Source of the DNA: a virus
Taxonomy: Duplodnaviria > Caudoviricetes
Strand: one strand, 5' to 3'
IMG/VR virus record: IMGVR_UViG_3300033129_000617
Span: 1-28,572 of that record
Length of the DNA stretch: 28,572 nucleotides
The translations under genes were made by a program, and so were the position numbers. Position 1 is the first letter of the stretch; each line of letters starts with the position of its first letter. Below, piece by piece: positions 1-9,010 of this stretch. The notes under the pieces were generated by a model, which was not told where the DNA came from, searched no databases, and saw nothing but the letters and a program-made list of their open reading frames with translations.

Positions 1-1244
1 ATGCCTACAGGCAGGATGCTATTTAATGGAAATACCTCACCTACAGATACTAGATTTTCTAGGCTCTGCCCTGAAAACTGAGTAGATAAAACATTAGCCT
101 CACCACTAAAATCCCCTGCAGGAGTAGTATCTTGTATTTTAATTTTTACTAGATCTCCTGCTGCTAATGTAGCAGTAAATTTACCTGATAAAAATCTATC
201 AGGCTGGATAGTAAATGATACTCCTCCAGGTACTAAATCATTAACATCATGCAGGATAAAATCTGCATCAGTTCCATTTACCTCTAATACTACTTTAAAC
301 TGAGCAAAATTCTCACTATAAAGCCCTCCATCTATTACAAATAAATAATTAAACTCAGTAGATCCTGCTATGCCTGCCTCATATCTATTATTAGCAATAT
401 CATAACTGCCTCCATTAAAATAAGTAGGAGCAGTAGCATCATCATATACAGGATAGAGATAACCTCCTGAGCCTATATTAGGGATAGAAAATGGATAACT
501 CTCAGAGCTGTTGAGATAAAACTGAGTAGCATATAAATCTGCATTAGATTTTTTAGGGATGCTATCAGTACCATAGGGGATATACAGATGATTAAAATCA
601 TCATCCTCAAAAAATGGGCATTGATAGGTATATCCTGCATCAGAAAAAATCCTATCTATGATATGCCTGATGGATAGAGCAGGGTAGAACATCCCTGTAG
701 TATAAAATGCAGAGGCTGGATTATTCTCCCTCTCTACTGATGGGATCTGCCCATAATCAATTAAAGGATAGGTATAGGGCTCTATAAAATCATTAGCCTC
801 TAATCTATCCCATGCCTGCTGTACAGATCCTGCATTCCATTCATGGTCAGCATCTGAAAAATCTAGATCAGTTACTAGCTTATTATCAATTTCTCTAAAT
901 AGGCTTACTGCCTCTCCATAAATGCCTACCTCATATCTTACTATCTCATTTAGGATAATGATCCTGAGCAGCTGCCCTACCCCTGTAAACTGAGGGATGC
1001 CATTTACTACTACCTCAGCTAATACCTTTGCTGATGGATCAAAATTAGTTACCTGAGCTGATAGATCAAATAAATAACCTAGAGCCTGATCATTGTTAGG
1101 AGTAGATGGGAGGGTAATAGTTTTACTATATGCAGAGCCTCTATCTGTAGCATCCTCTATATTAGCTAGATTAAATGAGGTATCTATTGCAATATCCTCA
1201 GATAAATCCATGTAAAAATTGCCTAACCTTAGCTGAGTATTCAT
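1..1244 (-). CDS. 5' part of a ~739-aa tail (hub/baseplate-like) structural protein; continues across the circular junction at 28572
   Basis: ATG at 1244 overlaps the TGA of the upstream ORF (ATGA). The frame is open to base 1: MNTQLRLGNFYMDLSEDIAIDTSFNLANIEDATDRGSAYSKTITLPSTPNND...YPLIDYG...FYPALSIRHIIDRIFSDAGY...LNSILPVG. It is missing from the ORF track because it has no stop in the linear window. Confidence 0.8.
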   Translation of the reverse strand, partial: MNTQLRLGNFYMDLSEDIAIDTSFNLANIEDATDRGSAYSKTITLPSTPNNDQALGYLFDLSAQVTNFDPSAKVLAEVVVNGIPQFTGVGQLLRIIILNEIVRYEVGIYGEAVSLFREIDNKLVTDLDFSDADHEWNAGSVQQAWDRLEANDFIEPYTYPLIDYGQIPSVERENNPASAFYTTGMFYPALSIRHIIDRIFSDAGYTYQCPFFEDDDFNHLYIPYGTDSIPKKSNADLYATQFYLNSSESYPFSIPNIGSGGYLYPVYDDATAPTYFNGGSYDIANNRYEAGIAGSTEFNYLFVIDGGLYSENFAQFKVVLEVNGTDADFILHDVNDLVPGGVSFTIQPDRFLSGKFTATLAAGDLVKIKIQDTTPAGDFSGEANVLSTQFSGQSLENLVSVGEVFPLNSILPVG

Positions 1245-2518
1245 CTCTGAGTAAATTCCTTATATGGATAAATAAAATTGATAACTAAATTTTGCACCCC
1301 ATCATAGAGCCCTTTCTTAGGGTTATAGTTGGTATCTGTAATAATGATAGGAGTAATATCCTGCAGAGCCTCATCATAGATATATACTCTAGGGCTGGAG
1401 AATAAATCAGTTAAATAAATAAACTGCTCATTAGTTAGGTTATCAGAGATGAGATTTACTGCCTCAGTTTTCTCAGTATCAGCAATAAAATCAGAGTAGC
1501 CTCTAGAGCTGTATAGGCTGCTATTCTCCCCATATCTCCTAGTTAGAGGCTTAGCTGCCTGTAGCCTATTATATGTATAGGTAGATCTCTTAGGCTTAGT
1601 AAATACAAAGCTATCTATCCCTCCCTTTCTATTCTGCCAAAATATCTGAGCTCTGCCATAGATGCTATTACATAAATTAGGATAGATATAGTAGGTATCA
1701 GAGATAGGGCTACCTCCCTGCTCATCATAAAAGGTAAAGCTATATCTAAATCCCTCAGAGCTGATCTCAAATAAATCAGTAATTAGGTTACTATCAGAGA
1801 TATAATCTACCCCAATCTCCATTAATGAGGCAGGCAAAAATGGGATTATCTGTACTACCTCCTCATTATCATCTCCTAATGTATGAGCTGCTATATTATT
1901 ATTATTCAATAAATAAAAATCCCTAGTAGGATTATAAATACCTCCATCCGCCATTTCATATACTACCCTAATAGCATCAGCTGTTCCTGTAGCCTGCAGT
2001 ACATTTCCAAAATAGATCCAGCCATAATCATTAGGAGAGGCATAAAATGTAGTAGGATAATTGCTCATGGGCTTAAATCCTGCTGATCCATCAGCAAAAT
2101 AATCTGCAATATCAAAGCCTGAGGTAATTTGCTCACGAACTCCAAAAGCTGCATTATTTACTCTGCCACTAAAAAACTCAGTAGAGAGCTCATCAGGTAC
2201 AGGAGGAGAGCCCCATTCTGCCCCGAAATTAATAGTATATGCAGCATAATTTTTAGGAGCATTCCTAAATCCATCTAGATCTATATCAGGCTCAGATAAT
2301 GATAGAGCTGTACTAATTATTTTACTAAATTCAAAGTAGCCATTATTATCTACAGGATCAGGATAAACTTTTAAGGTAGTTACCCCTACTCCATTTAATG
2401 ATACCTCAGCAGTAAATCTAAAATTAGGCTCTGCTGTATCTGTACTGCTAATAACAAAAGCTAAAGGATTAAATCCTGAGCTATAAATACTAGGCTGCTG
2501 TATAATTGATAATCCCAT
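1241..2518 (-). CDS. Tail structural protein (425 aa)
   Basis: Long ORF in the tail module. The C-terminal 'IFWQNRKGGIDSFVF...LISDNL...DLFSSPRVY' pattern is typical of Bacteroidota phage tail genes. Confidence 0.6.
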   Translation of the reverse strand: MGLSIIQQPSIYSSGFNPLAFVISSTDTAEPNFRFTAEVSLNGVGVTTLKVYPDPVDNNGYFEFSKIISTALSLSEPDIDLDGFRNAPKNYAAYTINFGAEWGSPPVPDELSTEFFSGRVNNAAFGVREQITSGFDIADYFADGSAGFKPMSNYPTTFYASPNDYGWIYFGNVLQATGTADAIRVVYEMADGGIYNPTRDFYLLNNNNIAAHTLGDDNEEVVQIIPFLPASLMEIGVDYISDSNLITDLFEISSEGFRYSFTFYDEQGGSPISDTYYIYPNLCNSIYGRAQIFWQNRKGGIDSFVFTKPKRSTYTYNRLQAAKPLTRRYGENSSLYSSRGYSDFIADTEKTEAVNLISDNLTNEQFIYLTDLFSSPRVYIYDEALQDITPIIITDTNYNPKKGLYDGVQNLVINFIYPYKEFTQR

Positions 2519-2522
2519 ATTA

Positions 2523-3128
2523 TTACTTTTTTTCTACTATAATTAATTCGCTTAGCTCCTTTTTAAAAAACTGAGCCATATAATCCTGCATCTCATTTAT
2601 CCTCTCCCTGTTAATTGCAGCATTCACAAAGGGAGTAGCTTTAATGCCTCTTTTAAAAATGCTTTTCTGCATATTTTTAGCTACTACCTTTCTGCCCTCA
2701 GGGCTATCATCTACTCCGAAAATAGTAGCTAATCTAGTTCTTACCTCAGGGCGAAAATTAAGCCATTTAGTAATAGCCTCTAATGGAGGGTATCTAGATG
2801 TAAACTTAAAAGGGCTATTAGGTGCTTTAGTTCCTGATCTAGCTCCCTTTACTCCTAGATCAATAAACTTCCAATAATAAGCAGCTTCTATTTTTAGGGC
2901 AAAGCCTGCAGTTTTTTTCTCTATAGGCAAAGGATCAAAGGATGAGGATAAATTACCTGTACTATTTTTATCCTTAGATAATAGCTCCTCTCTCCATATC
3001 CTGATAGTTTCTGTAGCCCATTCATATAGGTACTTCTCTCCCTCAGTCATGTTTTTAGTAGGATCATCAGGGATAGCTCCTGCTATCTTATCTAGATCGG
3101 TTTTTATCTCAAAAAATTTCCTAGCCAT
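2523..3128 (-). CDS. Putative neck/tail-completion protein (201 aa)
   Basis: Basic protein with 'STGNLSSS', 'YWKFIDLGVKG', 'PPLEAITKW' and 'IFKRGIKATPF' motifs seen in phage virion morphogenesis proteins. Confidence 0.6.
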   Translation of the reverse strand: MARKFFEIKTDLDKIAGAIPDDPTKNMTEGEKYLYEWATETIRIWREELLSKDKNSTGNLSSSFDPLPIEKKTAGFALKIEAAYYWKFIDLGVKGARSGTKAPNSPFKFTSRYPPLEAITKWLNFRPEVRTRLATIFGVDDSPEGRKVVAKNMQKSIFKRGIKATPFVNAAINRERINEMQDYMAQFFKKELSELIIVEKK

Positions 3129-3142
3129 TACCTAAAAATATA

Positions 3143-3421
3143 TTAGCTTAATTTCTTGGATTTATGAGCTAGCTCTATAGATCTCCTCTCATCCATTAGA
3201 TGCTGAGCATGGAAAAGAAAATAGAGAGCCTTCCATTTAAATATGCGCTCCCATTTAGTTCTATCCCCTCCTGCTATATTGTGCACCACGTTTAAAAATC
3301 CATAGGTTACATAGGGATCAGGATTAAAACTAGATTTATCAGGCTCTAGCTCTCCATCCTCATCTGCTGGATGATGCTCTTGCCTAAATACTGAGGGATA
3401 ATTTTTAGATACTGCTCCCAA
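3143..3421 (-). CDS. C-terminal (-1 frame) part of the tail assembly chaperone, gpGT-like
   Basis: Has only a TTG start. It lies in the -1 frame of the upstream ORF, directly after a T10 slippery run (plus strand A10, 3427-3436). Confidence 0.65.
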   Translation of the reverse strand: MGAVSKNYPSVFRQEHHPADEDGELEPDKSSFNPDPYVTYGFLNVVHNIAGGDRTKWERIFKWKALYFLFHAQHLMDERRSIELAHKSKKLS

Positions 3422-3966
3422 ACTAGAAAAAAAAAACTAGCTAGATCAATAGCATCAGAGGCTAGAAAATGCTTTTTTACTAGCTCTGCTCTTTTCTCAT
3501 GCTCATCAGCATCATAATCCTGTATCATGCCTAGCTTAATCTCCCTGAGCATGGATGCTATCTGATAATGGAGAGTATCTAGGTTATCATCCATCTCCCT
3601 AAATTTAATGATCTCCATCATCTGAGCTGCCTGCTGCTCCTCTATCATGCTGGCTATGTAGTATTTCCTTTTCCCTAGCTCACAATATTTAGGCAGAGGC
3701 TTAGCTATCCTCTGATCTATCTGCTCCTTAATCTCTTTATACCTAGCAGAGAGCTCATCATAATCATATAGCTTTACCTCTGCAGGGCTTTTCCTATCTA
3801 CTATAGATATTACTGATACTGCTAGATCAATAGGATTTTTTAAGATCCTCTCTGCCTCTAGAATATCCTGCAGATTTTCTATAGTTAATGTAGCCCATAG
3901 GCTTTTATCCTTTGCGTAAAAAGATTTTAAAAAACTCTTTACCCTTTTTAATTTATCTAATAACAT
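3346..3966 (-). CDS. Tail assembly chaperone, gpG-like (206 aa; start revised to ATG 3966)
   Basis: Helical ORF ending ...LASFFFLVW with a slippery T run. ATG 3966 overlaps the terL 3' end. Confidence 0.6.
   Translation of the reverse strand: MLLDKLKRVKSFLKSFYAKDKSLWATLTIENLQDILEAERILKNPIDLAVSVISIVDRKSPAEVKLYDYDELSARYKEIKEQIDQRIAKPLPKYCELGKRKYYIASMIEEQQAAQMMEIIKFREMDDNLDTLHYQIASMLREIKLGMIQDYDADEHEKRAELVKKHFLASDAIDLASFFFLVWEQYLKIIPQYLGKSIIQQMRMES
3427..3436 (-). other. Slippery sequence for a programmed -1 ribosomal frameshift
   Basis: The minus strand reads AGT TTT TTT TTT CTA. A -1 slip gives F-F-S-S-L-G-A-V-S-K-N-Y-P, which is the frame of ORF 3143..3421. Confidence 0.7.
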
Positions 3967-5113
3967 ATACCCCTTTATTTTTCTCTGATAGTTTCTCCAT
4001 GCAAATATAGCGCAAAGCATCTAGGCTATGATTTGCAAAATCTACAGGCTCATCATCAGGATCTCCTGTTTTTTTTACTTTCCATTTATACTGCCTCAGC
4101 TCTTTAATGGTGTTAATGCTCCTCTTAGTTACTAGGAGCTTAAATCTTTTTACTATATCTATCCCTGCATTTACTGATCCCTGAGGTTTATGAGCTCCTT
4201 TAATCCTCCAGCCTAAATTCCTGAGCTCCTGTATAGCCATAGGGTTAGAGCTATCTGCTACTATTACCTCAGTTTTAGGTACTGATGAGGCAGTAAATAA
4301 TGCAGATAATTGAGTAGCAGTTTTATCAGTTAAATATAGCAGCTCATCTACTACTATATCCTCATTAAATTTGTAGATAGCTACTAATGCAGAGGGATCT
4401 GCAGAAAATCCAAAATCTAGCCCATAGCCTAAAAGCTGAGCATTAGGAGGTATCTCATCTATAGTTACCCAATTCCTGTAAATCAGCCCCTCCAGCTTTC
4501 CTGTAAATCCCCTAGCATTGATTTTCCATAGGTTAAAATCTTTATCCTTTAGAGCCTCTAGTTTTTCTCTAATGCTGTTATCTACAAAAGGGTTATGTCT
4601 ATGATCAGATATGATTAACTCTACTTCAGGCTCTCCTATTAAATGCTCATGCACCCAAAATTCAGCAGTAGGATTATAATCCATAAATACCTGCTTGGTA
4701 GATCGCCAATAAACCTCATTAAATACATCCTCCCTAATACCATTTACCTCATTAAAAAATGCGTAATCTCTTTTACCACTTTTGGCATCCTGAGCATTTT
4801 CATAACTTTTAAACTCTATAAATGAGCCATTGGTAAAATAGTATATCCTATCTGAGGCATTGAATTTATCTATATGCCTAGCGAAAAATGGAGTATCATT
4901 AATGATATTACCTAGATCCCTCATGGCTCCTACCTTTAAATTAGGTATATCCTGCCCTACTATGGTTATCCTATTTCTCTGCTCTATAGCCCTGATGCAT
5001 AAAACTTGCAGGATGCTATAGGTTTTCCCTGAGCTAGAGCCTCCCTGATTTACCACTATCTTAGCTCTGCTGTTGTAATTAGCATAGAAAACTGATGATA
5101 CCTGTAAATCCAT
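3953..5113 (-). CDS. terL: Terminase large subunit (PBSX/SPP1-like)
   Basis: Walker A QGGSSSGKT, Walker B AFFNE, DYNP motif III, and nuclease motifs GLDFGFSADP and DFANHSLDALRY. Confidence 0.95.
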   Translation of the reverse strand: MDLQVSSVFYANYNSRAKIVVNQGGSSSGKTYSILQVLCIRAIEQRNRITIVGQDIPNLKVGAMRDLGNIINDTPFFARHIDKFNASDRIYYFTNGSFIEFKSYENAQDAKSGKRDYAFFNEVNGIREDVFNEVYWRSTKQVFMDYNPTAEFWVHEHLIGEPEVELIISDHRHNPFVDNSIREKLEALKDKDFNLWKINARGFTGKLEGLIYRNWVTIDEIPPNAQLLGYGLDFGFSADPSALVAIYKFNEDIVVDELLYLTDKTATQLSALFTASSVPKTEVIVADSSNPMAIQELRNLGWRIKGAHKPQGSVNAGIDIVKRFKLLVTKRSINTIKELRQYKWKVKKTGDPDDEPVDFANHSLDALRYICMEKLSEKNKGVYVIR

Positions 5114-5607
5114 TAGGATAGATCTATATCTGCCTCTGATCTAGGTAAAGCTGGAGCTGGCAGTACGTTAATATTAATGCCTGTTATCGTGCTGTTATTT
5201 TCAATTATCTGCCTCTCATTTAATCCATGATGCACCTTTAAATCAAAGATTAAGCCTGTAGTATTTCCATCTCCATTTATCAGAGCATCCATTTTCTCAT
5301 TAAAGAAAAAATCATTTATCTCTGATACTATCCCATGATACTCTTTATAGGCATCCTCTTTACCATAGTTGAGCCATGTTTGAGAGGTTATTTTTAGATA
5401 GCTGAAAAATCCTCCTTTATTAGGTACTCTAGGTTTATTTACTTTTAGGATCATTCCGCTATTAGTAGGATGATCTATGCAGTAACATTTGCAATAGTTT
5501 ATATAATCCCAAAATCCCTTAACAATATCCTCAGGCTGGAGCTTCTTTCCTTTCTTAGTTAGGTAGCCTCCGTTTGCGTGTAAATAAATAATCTCTGCCT
5601 TTTCCAT
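5113..5607 (-). CDS. terS: Terminase small subunit (DNA-packaging gp3-like)
   Basis: Directly upstream of terL with a TAATG overlap. Pattern 'FWDYINYC...KPRVP..GGF..YL.I...TW.NY...IFDLK'. Confidence 0.8.
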   Translation of the reverse strand: MEKAEIIYLHANGGYLTKKGKKLQPEDIVKGFWDYINYCKCYCIDHPTNSGMILKVNKPRVPNKGGFFSYLKITSQTWLNYGKEDAYKEYHGIVSEINDFFFNEKMDALINGDGNTTGLIFDLKVHHGLNERQIIENNSTITGININVLPAPALPRSEADIDLS

Positions 5608-5613
5608 TTCCTA

Positions 5614-6309
5614 TTATTCAAATTTTACTGCTATCCTTAAATGATGAGGATAAAGATTATTTACTTTCCTGATCTCATTAAATAGCTTAGCATCATCAGT
5701 AATTACTAGGCAATAATCAAACTGATATAACTGCTTTACATTAGGCAGCTCCTCTACCTTTGTAAATTCTAAAGTAGGGTATTTTAGCTTATATACTGAT
5801 GCATCAGATTTACTATAGATCAGAGCTTTAGGAGATACAGCAGAAAATACTGATAGCATCTGCAGCTCTTTTAATTTACTATCTGCCCATCTTTTAGCAG
5901 CAGCACCGCCCCATAGGAGATAGGAGATATATCCACAGCTTTTAGTATCATCTGCCTCCTGATAGTAAACCTCAGCTCTAGATAGATAGGAGTACATTCT
6001 TTTAATTACATTGATACTTACAGCATCCCCATTTGCTAACTGCTGAGCTCTAATCTTTCCTACCTGAGTAGCGCATTTATTACCTACAGCCTCATTTAAT
6101 TTAATGCCTCTCTTAGCATTATTTTTTACAGCATCAGGATAATCTGCATAGCTCTCCATATCATGCCTAGTATTATACTTTGCTGCACCTGAGCAGATAG
6201 CATAACGCTGAGCAGGATCATCATACTCTGATACCATTTGAGTATTGCTCATGCATCGGGATATAAATTTATCCCTCTCCTCTCCTTTGCTGATTTTTGG
6301 TATAGGCAT
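5614..6309 (-). CDS. Modular phage protein (start revised to MPIPK at 6309), possibly head-morphogenesis associated
   Basis: N-terminal 'MPIP....E....FISRCM......EY.D..QR.AIC' module plus a 'SY.DYP.AV.NNAKR....C.T.VG..RA.QLA....KRM.SYLSR....CG.I.Y.LWGG' module. I recall both as modules in phage head-related proteins. Confidence 0.55.
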   Translation of the reverse strand: MPIPKISKGEERDKFISRCMSNTQMVSEYDDPAQRYAICSGAAKYNTRHDMESYADYPDAVKNNAKRGIKLNEAVGNKCATQVGKIRAQQLANGDAVSINVIKRMYSYLSRAEVYYQEADDTKSCGYISYLLWGGAAAKRWADSKLKELQMLSVFSAVSPKALIYSKSDASVYKLKYPTLEFTKVEELPNVKQLYQFDYCLVITDDAKLFNEIRKVNNLYPHHLRIAVKFE

Positions 6310-6313
6310 CTCT

Positions 6314-6616
6314 TTATCCTTTAGGCTTTCTACCTCTTTTAGCTGGAGCATCCTCTACAGGAGCAGGCTCTGCCTCTGCAGGAGCTACCTCTGCAGGCTT
6401 ATTCTTTAGATACCATGAGGCTACATAGTTAATAGCTGATATGATGCAATCATTACAAGTAGCTACATAGTTAGGCATAATAGGCAGCTTAGTTTTATTG
6501 TAGGTATCTCTCAGCTCATCATGGAGATTAAAGCCATAGATACTCCCTAGCTTATTTAAAATGAGATACCATTTATAGATATTCTCTGCCGATTTAATTA
6601 GATCCTGATTTACCAT
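6314..6616 (-). CDS. Hypothetical protein with CxxC and an Ala/Pro/Glu tail ending KRGRKPK (100 aa; start revised)
   Basis: ATG 6616 overlaps the end of the upstream gene. Contains TCNDC. Confidence 0.6.
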   Translation of the reverse strand: MVNQDLIKSAENIYKWYLILNKLGSIYGFNLHDELRDTYNKTKLPIMPNYVATCNDCIISAINYVASWYLKNKPAEVAPAEAEPAPVEDAPAKRGRKPKG

Positions 6617-6849
6617 AGTTTTACTTCTAAAATTAATACAAAGATAAGGGATAGAGCTCCTACTCCTGCAGCCATTAATACAGATAGAGGAGAGATACCA
6701 TAGTAGGCTAATGTATATGCTACTCCTACCCAAAATGATAAACATACTGAGCAGGTAAAAGGCTTAAATTTTAGCACCTTAGGGAGGATAGTATAGCCTA
6801 CTAATACATATCCTAGAGATGCTGCTAATAAACTGATAATTAAATACAT
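6610..6849 (-). CDS. Small membrane protein with a CxxCxSFW motif (DUF1360-like)
   Basis: Hydrophobic segments flank 'KPFTCSVCLSFW'. Confidence 0.6.
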   Translation of the reverse strand: MYLIISLLAASLGYVLVGYTILPKVLKFKPFTCSVCLSFWVGVAYTLAYYGISPLSVLMAAGVGALSLIFVLILEVKLW

Positions 6850-7343
6850 ACTTTAAATTTAGTTTTTAGTTTTATCTTAATTGCATTTAAACTATTATAG
6901 ATACTCCTACGTGGGATATTGGTTAATCTATGTAGCTCTGATACATTCTGCCCCATCTCTAAATACTTTGCTAATAGCTTTCTCTCATAGTTCGTAAATA
7001 GCTCACTATTTAGGGCATCTACTACCTGAGGATAGAGTATATCAATCTCATGGTTATAAACATCTGCCTGAGGTAAATCAGTTTCTTTAATCTCTACTAC
7101 AATATCATAGAGCCTATACTTTTTACCTACTGCCCCTGTTTTACTCATCATATTAGATAAGCTCCTAACTGCCCAAAATTTAAAATATTTAGCAGCATGG
7201 AGGGCATCTAGCTCAGGCTCAGATTTAGAGCAGATCATTAGCATAAACTCCTGCCATAGATCCTCCCCCATAGAGCCTCCAATTTTATGAGCTATCTCCT
7301 GATACTCCTCATTATCTATCAGATGAGCTATTAGTTTATGCAT
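6840..7343 (-). CDS. ECF-like RNA polymerase sigma factor (candidate late transcription factor)
   Basis: Region-2-like 'EDLWQEFML....FKFWAVRSLSN' and region-4 HTH 'ERKLL..Y....NVSELHRLTNIPRRSIYNSL'. Sits before the packaging genes. Confidence 0.75.
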   Translation of the reverse strand: MHKLIAHLIDNEEYQEIAHKIGGSMGEDLWQEFMLMICSKSEPELDALHAAKYFKFWAVRSLSNMMSKTGAVGKKYRLYDIVVEIKETDLPQADVYNHEIDILYPQVVDALNSELFTNYERKLLAKYLEMGQNVSELHRLTNIPRRSIYNSLNAIKIKLKTKFKVCI

Positions 7344-7626
7344 CTTTCTTTACAGGGAAATATTTATTTATTAAATACTCTACTCCCTGCAATCCGATAA
7401 AGCCTAAAATAAATGCCATGCCTCTCTCCATCTTTTCTCCCTCCAATCCTAATGAGGCAGTAATTACAGGAGTAACATAGTTAGCACATAAAATCCCTGA
7501 GGTAAAAGCTATAAAAGCTCCGCCCCATGTTTTCTTTTTCTTATTATAAAACATGATAGCAGAGCCTAAAAATCCAGCTGCTGAAAATGTAATATCTATG
7601 CCTAATGAGTGTAAAATATCTTTCAT
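7336..7626 (-). CDS. Putative holin (96 aa, about 3 TM segments)
   Basis: Three hydrophobic segments, a basic loop KKKK, 'AFILGFIGL.GVE' and a charged C-terminus. Confidence 0.6.
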   Translation of the reverse strand: MKDILHSLGIDITFSAAGFLGSAIMFYNKKKKTWGGAFIAFTSGILCANYVTPVITASLGLEGEKMERGMAFILGFIGLQGVEYLINKYFPVKKDA

Positions 7627-7647
7627 AATCTTAAATATAATTTAGGG

Positions 7648-7860
7648 CTATTCCTGATACTTTTTTAGCTCATGAAGTAGATAAAATTTAGCTTTCTCTA
7701 GATCAGCCTTTGCTGCCTCATTTGCATCCATTCCCTCTACTTTCTTTCCAGCTCTGCAGATGTATTTAATAGCATTCCCTAAATTAAAATTTAAATCATA
7801 GGCATCTATAATATCTATAGCCTGTACTCCTGAGGCTGTTTTATAATGTTTATTATCCAT
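7648..7860 (-). CDS. DUF3310 (SaV-like / T7 gp1.7-like nucleotide kinase family) protein
   Basis: 'HY......AIDII....LNFNLGNAIKYI.RAGKK....DL.KA..YL'. Confidence 0.85.
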   Translation of the reverse strand: MDNKHYKTASGVQAIDIIDAYDLNFNLGNAIKYICRAGKKVEGMDANEAAKADLEKAKFYLLHELKKYQE

Positions 7861-7933
7861 CTTTTTTGATCAGCTTTAAAAAAAAGAAATAGAGGTTAAT
7901 AGCTCCTATGATATAAAAGATAACTGCTAGCAT
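7853..7933 (-). CDS. Unannotated 26-aa single-TM peptide MLAVIFYIIGAINLYFFFLKLIKKDG
   Basis: ATG overlaps the upstream stop (TAATG) and its end overlaps the next start, so it fills the gap exactly. Confidence 0.65.
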   Translation of the reverse strand: MLAVIFYIIGAINLYFFFLKLIKKDG

Positions 7934-8148
7934 TAATCTAGAGGATTTTTTTCAATAGGTTTACTCTCTTTAGCATAATGAGTAGCTTTACTCTTAGGAT
8001 CAGCCTCTTTTCTTTTACCTACATAGATTTTAATACAGCCATAGGCATCTACTGGCAGTTTCTTTAGATCCTCTAGATTAAGCTGGAGATTAATCCCATA
8101 ATCATTAGCCCATCCTTTCCCTACATAATTTACTTTATCATCCTGCAT
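7933..8148 (-). CDS. Small hypothetical protein, possibly ssDNA-binding-like
   Basis: 'YVGKG....YG...L..EDL......G.IK..V.KRKE.D.....THY' is a small beta-rich family I recognise from Bacteroidota phages. The function is an inference. Confidence 0.5.
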   Translation of the reverse strand: MQDDKVNYVGKGWANDYGINLQLNLEDLKKLPVDAYGCIKIYVGKRKEADPKSKATHYAKESKPIEKNPLD

Positions 8149-9010
8149 ACGCAATAAATTTTAAATCTCTTTTAAAGTTTCTAGTATCTCCTTTACATCT
8201 ATAAATATCTATCTCCATCATGTAACATCCTAGAGGCTTAGGTAGCCTGCCCTTTTCAACATGATAGCCCATATATCCTCCATCATGCTCCTCCTTATAG
8301 GTAGCAGTTCTTACTATATGCTGATTAACTAGCTTTACCTCCATATTATCAGTTAATACCTCTCTCTTATTGATATGATGGTATAGCTCATGTACGTGCC
8401 CCTGCCATATTACCTCAGCATCTAAAAACATCTGCAGCCTGCTATCTTGGATTACTCCCTTAGTAATTACTCCTCCTCCTCCGTGCCCATGATGATAGCG
8501 CAATTTTATCTGATGTACTCTCCTTTCAGCTAATACAGGAGTAATAATGAAATAACCTCCATAGCCTCCTAGCTGGATGTTAGTATTATTCTTATAGTTT
8601 AAGGCTGTTACAAAATGCATCAGTACATCAAACTCATGCATTTTTAAAATGCTAGTTTCATGGTTTCCATAACCGATCATTAAAATCCTGCTAGCATAGG
8701 GAGAAAAAAACTCTACAGCATCTCTAATAATTAAATCAAAATAGTTAGCTCCATTATGCTCAGGTCGTATATCTGATTTATTACCTCTCCTATCATATTT
8801 GCCCTGCATGAGGCAGAAAGTATCTCCATTTAGGAGTATATATGCATCCTGCTCTACTGCCATATCTAGATGCTTTTTTAAAAGCTCTCTATTGCATTTA
8901 GGATTATCCCAATGCAGATCAGATAGCAATAGGTATTTTACTTTAGTTTCTGAGCTATAGGGGAGCTGCAGGCTATGCCTGATAACGTTTTTATTCTCTC
9001 TGATTATCAT
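8138..9010 (-). CDS. Calcineurin-like metallophosphoesterase
   Basis: Motifs SDLH, NGD, GNHE, HHG and GHVH in canonical order. Confidence 0.9.
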   Translation of the reverse strand: MIIRENKNVIRHSLQLPYSSETKVKYLLLSDLHWDNPKCNRELLKKHLDMAVEQDAYILLNGDTFCLMQGKYDRRGNKSDIRPEHNGANYFDLIIRDAVEFFSPYASRILMIGYGNHETSILKMHEFDVLMHFVTALNYKNNTNIQLGGYGGYFIITPVLAERRVHQIKLRYHHGHGGGGVITKGVIQDSRLQMFLDAEVIWQGHVHELYHHINKREVLTDNMEVKLVNQHIVRTATYKEEHDGGYMGYHVEKGRLPKPLGCYMMEIDIYRCKGDTRNFKRDLKFIAYAG

